Below are positions 61,533 to 64,000 of a stretch of DNA of 64,000 nt, one piece after another (within the stretch, counting starts at the first letter, position 1; each line of letters starts with the position of its first letter). A program made the position numbers and the translations under genes. The DNA comes from an uncultured Acidobacteriaceae bacterium (lineage in GTDB: Bacteria > Acidobacteriota > Terriglobia > Terriglobales > Acidobacteriaceae). Under the pieces are notes generated by a model. It was given only the letters and a program-made list of their open reading frames with translations, had not been told where the DNA came from and ran no database searches. The stretch lies in assembly GCA_963804315.1 (NCBI GenBank), contig CAWDQB010000056.1, forward strand, positions 6,052 to 70,051. Direction: 5' to 3'.

Positions 61533-63692
61533 CTAGGAAGCGGCCTTATTGGCGGTTGTCTTCGCGGGCGGCTTGGCGCTGCTTGGCTTGGGAATCGCAT
61601 CCAGCTCCGCTTTTCCCTCGGCCAATTGAATCAGAAAATCCTGGCTGGAAAATGGACTCGCCAAGGGCTTGGCGTCCTTCGACAGCTTGCTGGCGCGCTG
61701 ATAGCTGCCGTCGGGCTGTTGCAGGCGGGCCTTCACTGTGTCAGCAAGATAAGCGGGCAGAATCTCATTGTGGATGCGTGCCCGCGCCCCAGGATCACGG
61801 ACCGGGAAGACAACCTCGCAGCGTTCGAAGAGGTTGCGCGGCATCCAATCCGCTGAACCAAGATAGGTTTCGTCGTTGCCGCCATTGGCGAAGTGGAAGA
61901 TGCGTGAGTGCTCCAGAAAGCGGCCCACGATGGAGCGGACGCGAATGCGCTCCGACAATCCCTTGACGCCGGGACGCAGAATCGACAGGCCACGCACGAT
62001 CAGGTCGATCTCCACACCGGCCTGCGAAGCCGCATAGAGCGCCTCGATCACCGAGGGTTCCAGCAGCGCATTCATTTTGGCGATAATGTGGGCGGGGCGT
62101 CCGGCCTGGGCATGCTCCTGCTCGCGGCGGATCAGATCCAGGAAGCTTTCGGCCATGGTGAGCGGAGCTACCAGCAACGGCCGGTAGTCGTCGATTTCGG
62201 CGTGCGCGGTCAGGTAGTTGAAGACCATGTGGACCCGCTCGGTGATCTGCGGATCGCTGGTGAGCAGGCTCAGGTCGGTGTAGAAGCGAGCGGTGACGGG
62301 ATTGTAATTGCCGGTTCCCAAATGGCAGTAGCGCCGCGTCACGCCGTCCTCGTCGCGGCGGACCAGCATGGCCAGCTTGCAGTGCGTCTTGAGGCCAACC
62401 ACTCCGTGGAAGACCTGCACGCCGGCGTCCTCCATTGAGCGCGCCCAGCGGATATTCGAGGCTTCATCGAAGCGCGCCATCAGCTCGACGACCAGCGCAG
62501 TCTCTTTGGTCGTCGCGGCCTCGATCAGAGCTTGGAAGACGGGCGAATCCTGGCTGGTGCGATAGAGTGTCTGCTTCATGGTCACGACATTCGGATCCTC
62601 CGCGCCCTGCTCGATAAATTCGACGACTGGATCGTAGGAGTCGTATGGATGGTGGAGCAGCACATCGCGCTGACGCAACTCGTCGAAGATGTTGGCGGAT
62701 TTGCGGTTCAGTTTCAGTGCTCTGGGCGTAAAGGCCGGGAACTTCAGGTCGGGCCGCTGCACGTCGCCGTAAAAAAACATTAGCCGCGAAAGGTTCACCG
62801 GTCCGTCGCCGCGGAAGACCTGATCTTCGTCCAGTTCGAAGTTGATCCTGAGCCTCTCGACAATCTCCGTATCGGCGCCGGACTCAATCTCCAGGCGCAC
62901 CGCGTCTCCTTTGCGGCGGTTGTGCAGCTCCACGCGAATCGTCTCCAGCAAGGAACGCGCCTCTTCTTCCTCGAAGTAGAGGTTGGAGTTGCGCGTCACG
63001 CGGAAGGCGGCGCGAGAGAGCACCTCGTAGCCGCGATACATACCGGCCAGATTCTGCTCGATCAGATCTTGCAACAAGACATAATCGTAAGCGCCGTCTG
63101 CCGAAGGCAGGCGAATGAAGCGAGGCAGGGCGCGCGGCACAGTGACGACTCCGAGCACCTGCGGGCCGGAAGTGCGCCGCTTGAGCTTGAGCAATAGCGC
63201 AAGGCAGAGGGCTTTGTTCAGCACTCGCGGAAAAGGATGGGCCGGATCGATGCTGATGGGCGTCAGCAGCGGGTCCACCTCGCGCAAAAAGAACTGCTGC
63301 GCAAAGGCGCGGGCCTCTTCGTCCAGTTGCTTCCACTCGAGCAAGCGGATGCCCTGCTTGCGTAACTCCGGAAGCAATTGCTGGTTCCAGCACTTGTACT
63401 GCGCATCCACAAAGCTGTGAATCTCAGCGGTTAGCACGGCGAGGGACTCTTCCGGGCGCAGGCCGTCAAAGCCCGGCTGGCGGTAGCCGTCTTCAATGCG
63501 CTGCATCAGGCCGGCCTGGCGGATTTCGACGTACTCGTCCAGGTTCGAGCCGGTGATGGACAGGAACTTGACCCGCTCCAGCAGCGGGTTAGAGGCGTCT
63601 TCGGCTTCTTCAAGCACACGCCGGTTGAACTGCATCCAGGAGTAATCCCGTCCATTGAAGAGCTTATGCTTTTGCGTAGTTCGAGCCATCAA
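61533..63692 (-). CDS. ppk1: Polyphosphate kinase 1
   Basis: FNRRVL, PAHPFP, HHPYDSY, ELMARFDE, KTHCK, GTGNYN, RFLEHSRI and GSADWMPRN motifs. Confidence 0.97.
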   Translation of the reverse strand: MMARTTQKHKLFNGRDYSWMQFNRRVLEEAEDASNPLLERVKFLSITGSNLDEYVEIRQAGLMQRIEDGYRQPGFDGLRPEESLAVLTAEIHSFVDAQYKCWNQQLLPELRKQGIRLLEWKQLDEEARAFAQQFFLREVDPLLTPISIDPAHPFPRVLNKALCLALLLKLKRRTSGPQVLGVVTVPRALPRFIRLPSADGAYDYVLLQDLIEQNLAGMYRGYEVLSRAAFRVTRNSNLYFEEEEARSLLETIRVELHNRRKGDAVRLEIESGADTEIVERLRINFELDEDQVFRGDGPVNLSRLMFFYGDVQRPDLKFPAFTPRALKLNRKSANIFDELRQRDVLLHHPYDSYDPVVEFIEQGAEDPNVVTMKQTLYRTSQDSPVFQALIEAATTKETALVVELMARFDEASNIRWARSMEDAGVQVFHGVVGLKTHCKLAMLVRRDEDGVTRRYCHLGTGNYNPVTARFYTDLSLLTSDPQITERVHMVFNYLTAHAEIDDYRPLLVAPLTMAESFLDLIRREQEHAQAGRPAHIIAKMNALLEPSVIEALYAASQAGVEIDLIVRGLSILRPGVKGLSERIRVRSIVGRFLEHSRIFHFANGGNDETYLGSADWMPRNLFERCEVVFPVRDPGARARIHNEILPAYLADTVKARLQQPDGSYQRASKLSKDAKPLASPFSSQDFLIQLAEGKAELDAIPKPSSAKPPAKTTANKAAS

Positions 63693-64000
63693 ATCCGTTC
63701 CACTAGCCGTGTTGGCAGTCTACAGCGTTTCGGCGAAAAACTAAACCCGAAGGCTGCGAAGGGGGAAAAACGCCTATCAGATCAGAAATACAATACAGAG
63801 TTCAATCAGAGTGTTAACGTCTAAATAAAAGTTGGATAGGCTTGTGCCTTGTTGGTGGGGCACATTAAATAATCGCCCAGTTTACCTCAAAAAGATTGCG
63901 GGGTCAGCAGCAAATGCGGCCATTGAGTCACCTGAGCCAGATGCAATGAACTACGATTCACTCATCGCTCCTGCTTCGGCAACTGACCCAGAGCATCTGT

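Noticed and set aside
63946-64000. Possible CDS start MNYDSLIAPASATDPEHL at the window edge
   Set aside because: Only 18 codons are visible and they cannot be assigned.
1-64000. tRNA, rRNA or known riboswitch genes
   Set aside because: None recognised by eye; an Rfam or tRNAscan run would be needed to exclude them.

Overview
GC-rich bacterial chromosomal segment; gene content and repeat style suggest Acidobacteriaceae (inference only). It holds about 55 genes. Housekeeping genes include lgt, hpt, deoC, purB, tadA and ppk1. There are also xylan-debranching GH51/GH115 enzymes and a complete arginine-to-putrescine operon (pyruvoyl arginine decarboxylase, aguB, aguA). A dTDP-rhamnose/Wzx/Wzy polysaccharide cluster and a polysaccharide co-polymerase/export (PCP-OPX) fusion gene are present. 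Accessory regions are a low-GC glycosylation islet (GT2, STELLO-like, GT87-like, PAP2) carrying duplicated gene 5' ends, and a MazEF / IS66 / KAP NTPase hotspot. The best candidate for a new system is at 46734-46915. An unannotated 17-codon leader ORF (MRLLRVRVGIGRSPPFG*, four Arg codons CGA/AGA/CGG/CGG) overlaps a 17-nt anti-Shine-Dalgarno sequence and a competing 11-bp helix directly upstream of the arginine decarboxylase gene. This looks like an arginine-sensing translational attenuator, and the same gene run contains tadA, the tRNA-Arg(ACG) editing enzyme. A REP-like palindrome family occurs about 6 times, once in-frame inside a methyltransferase and once split by nested repeats plus IS66. 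Nine single-base frameshifts in short homopolymers are probably sequencing errors. No rRNA, tRNA or CRISPR array was seen. Family assignments come from motif recognition, not database searches.
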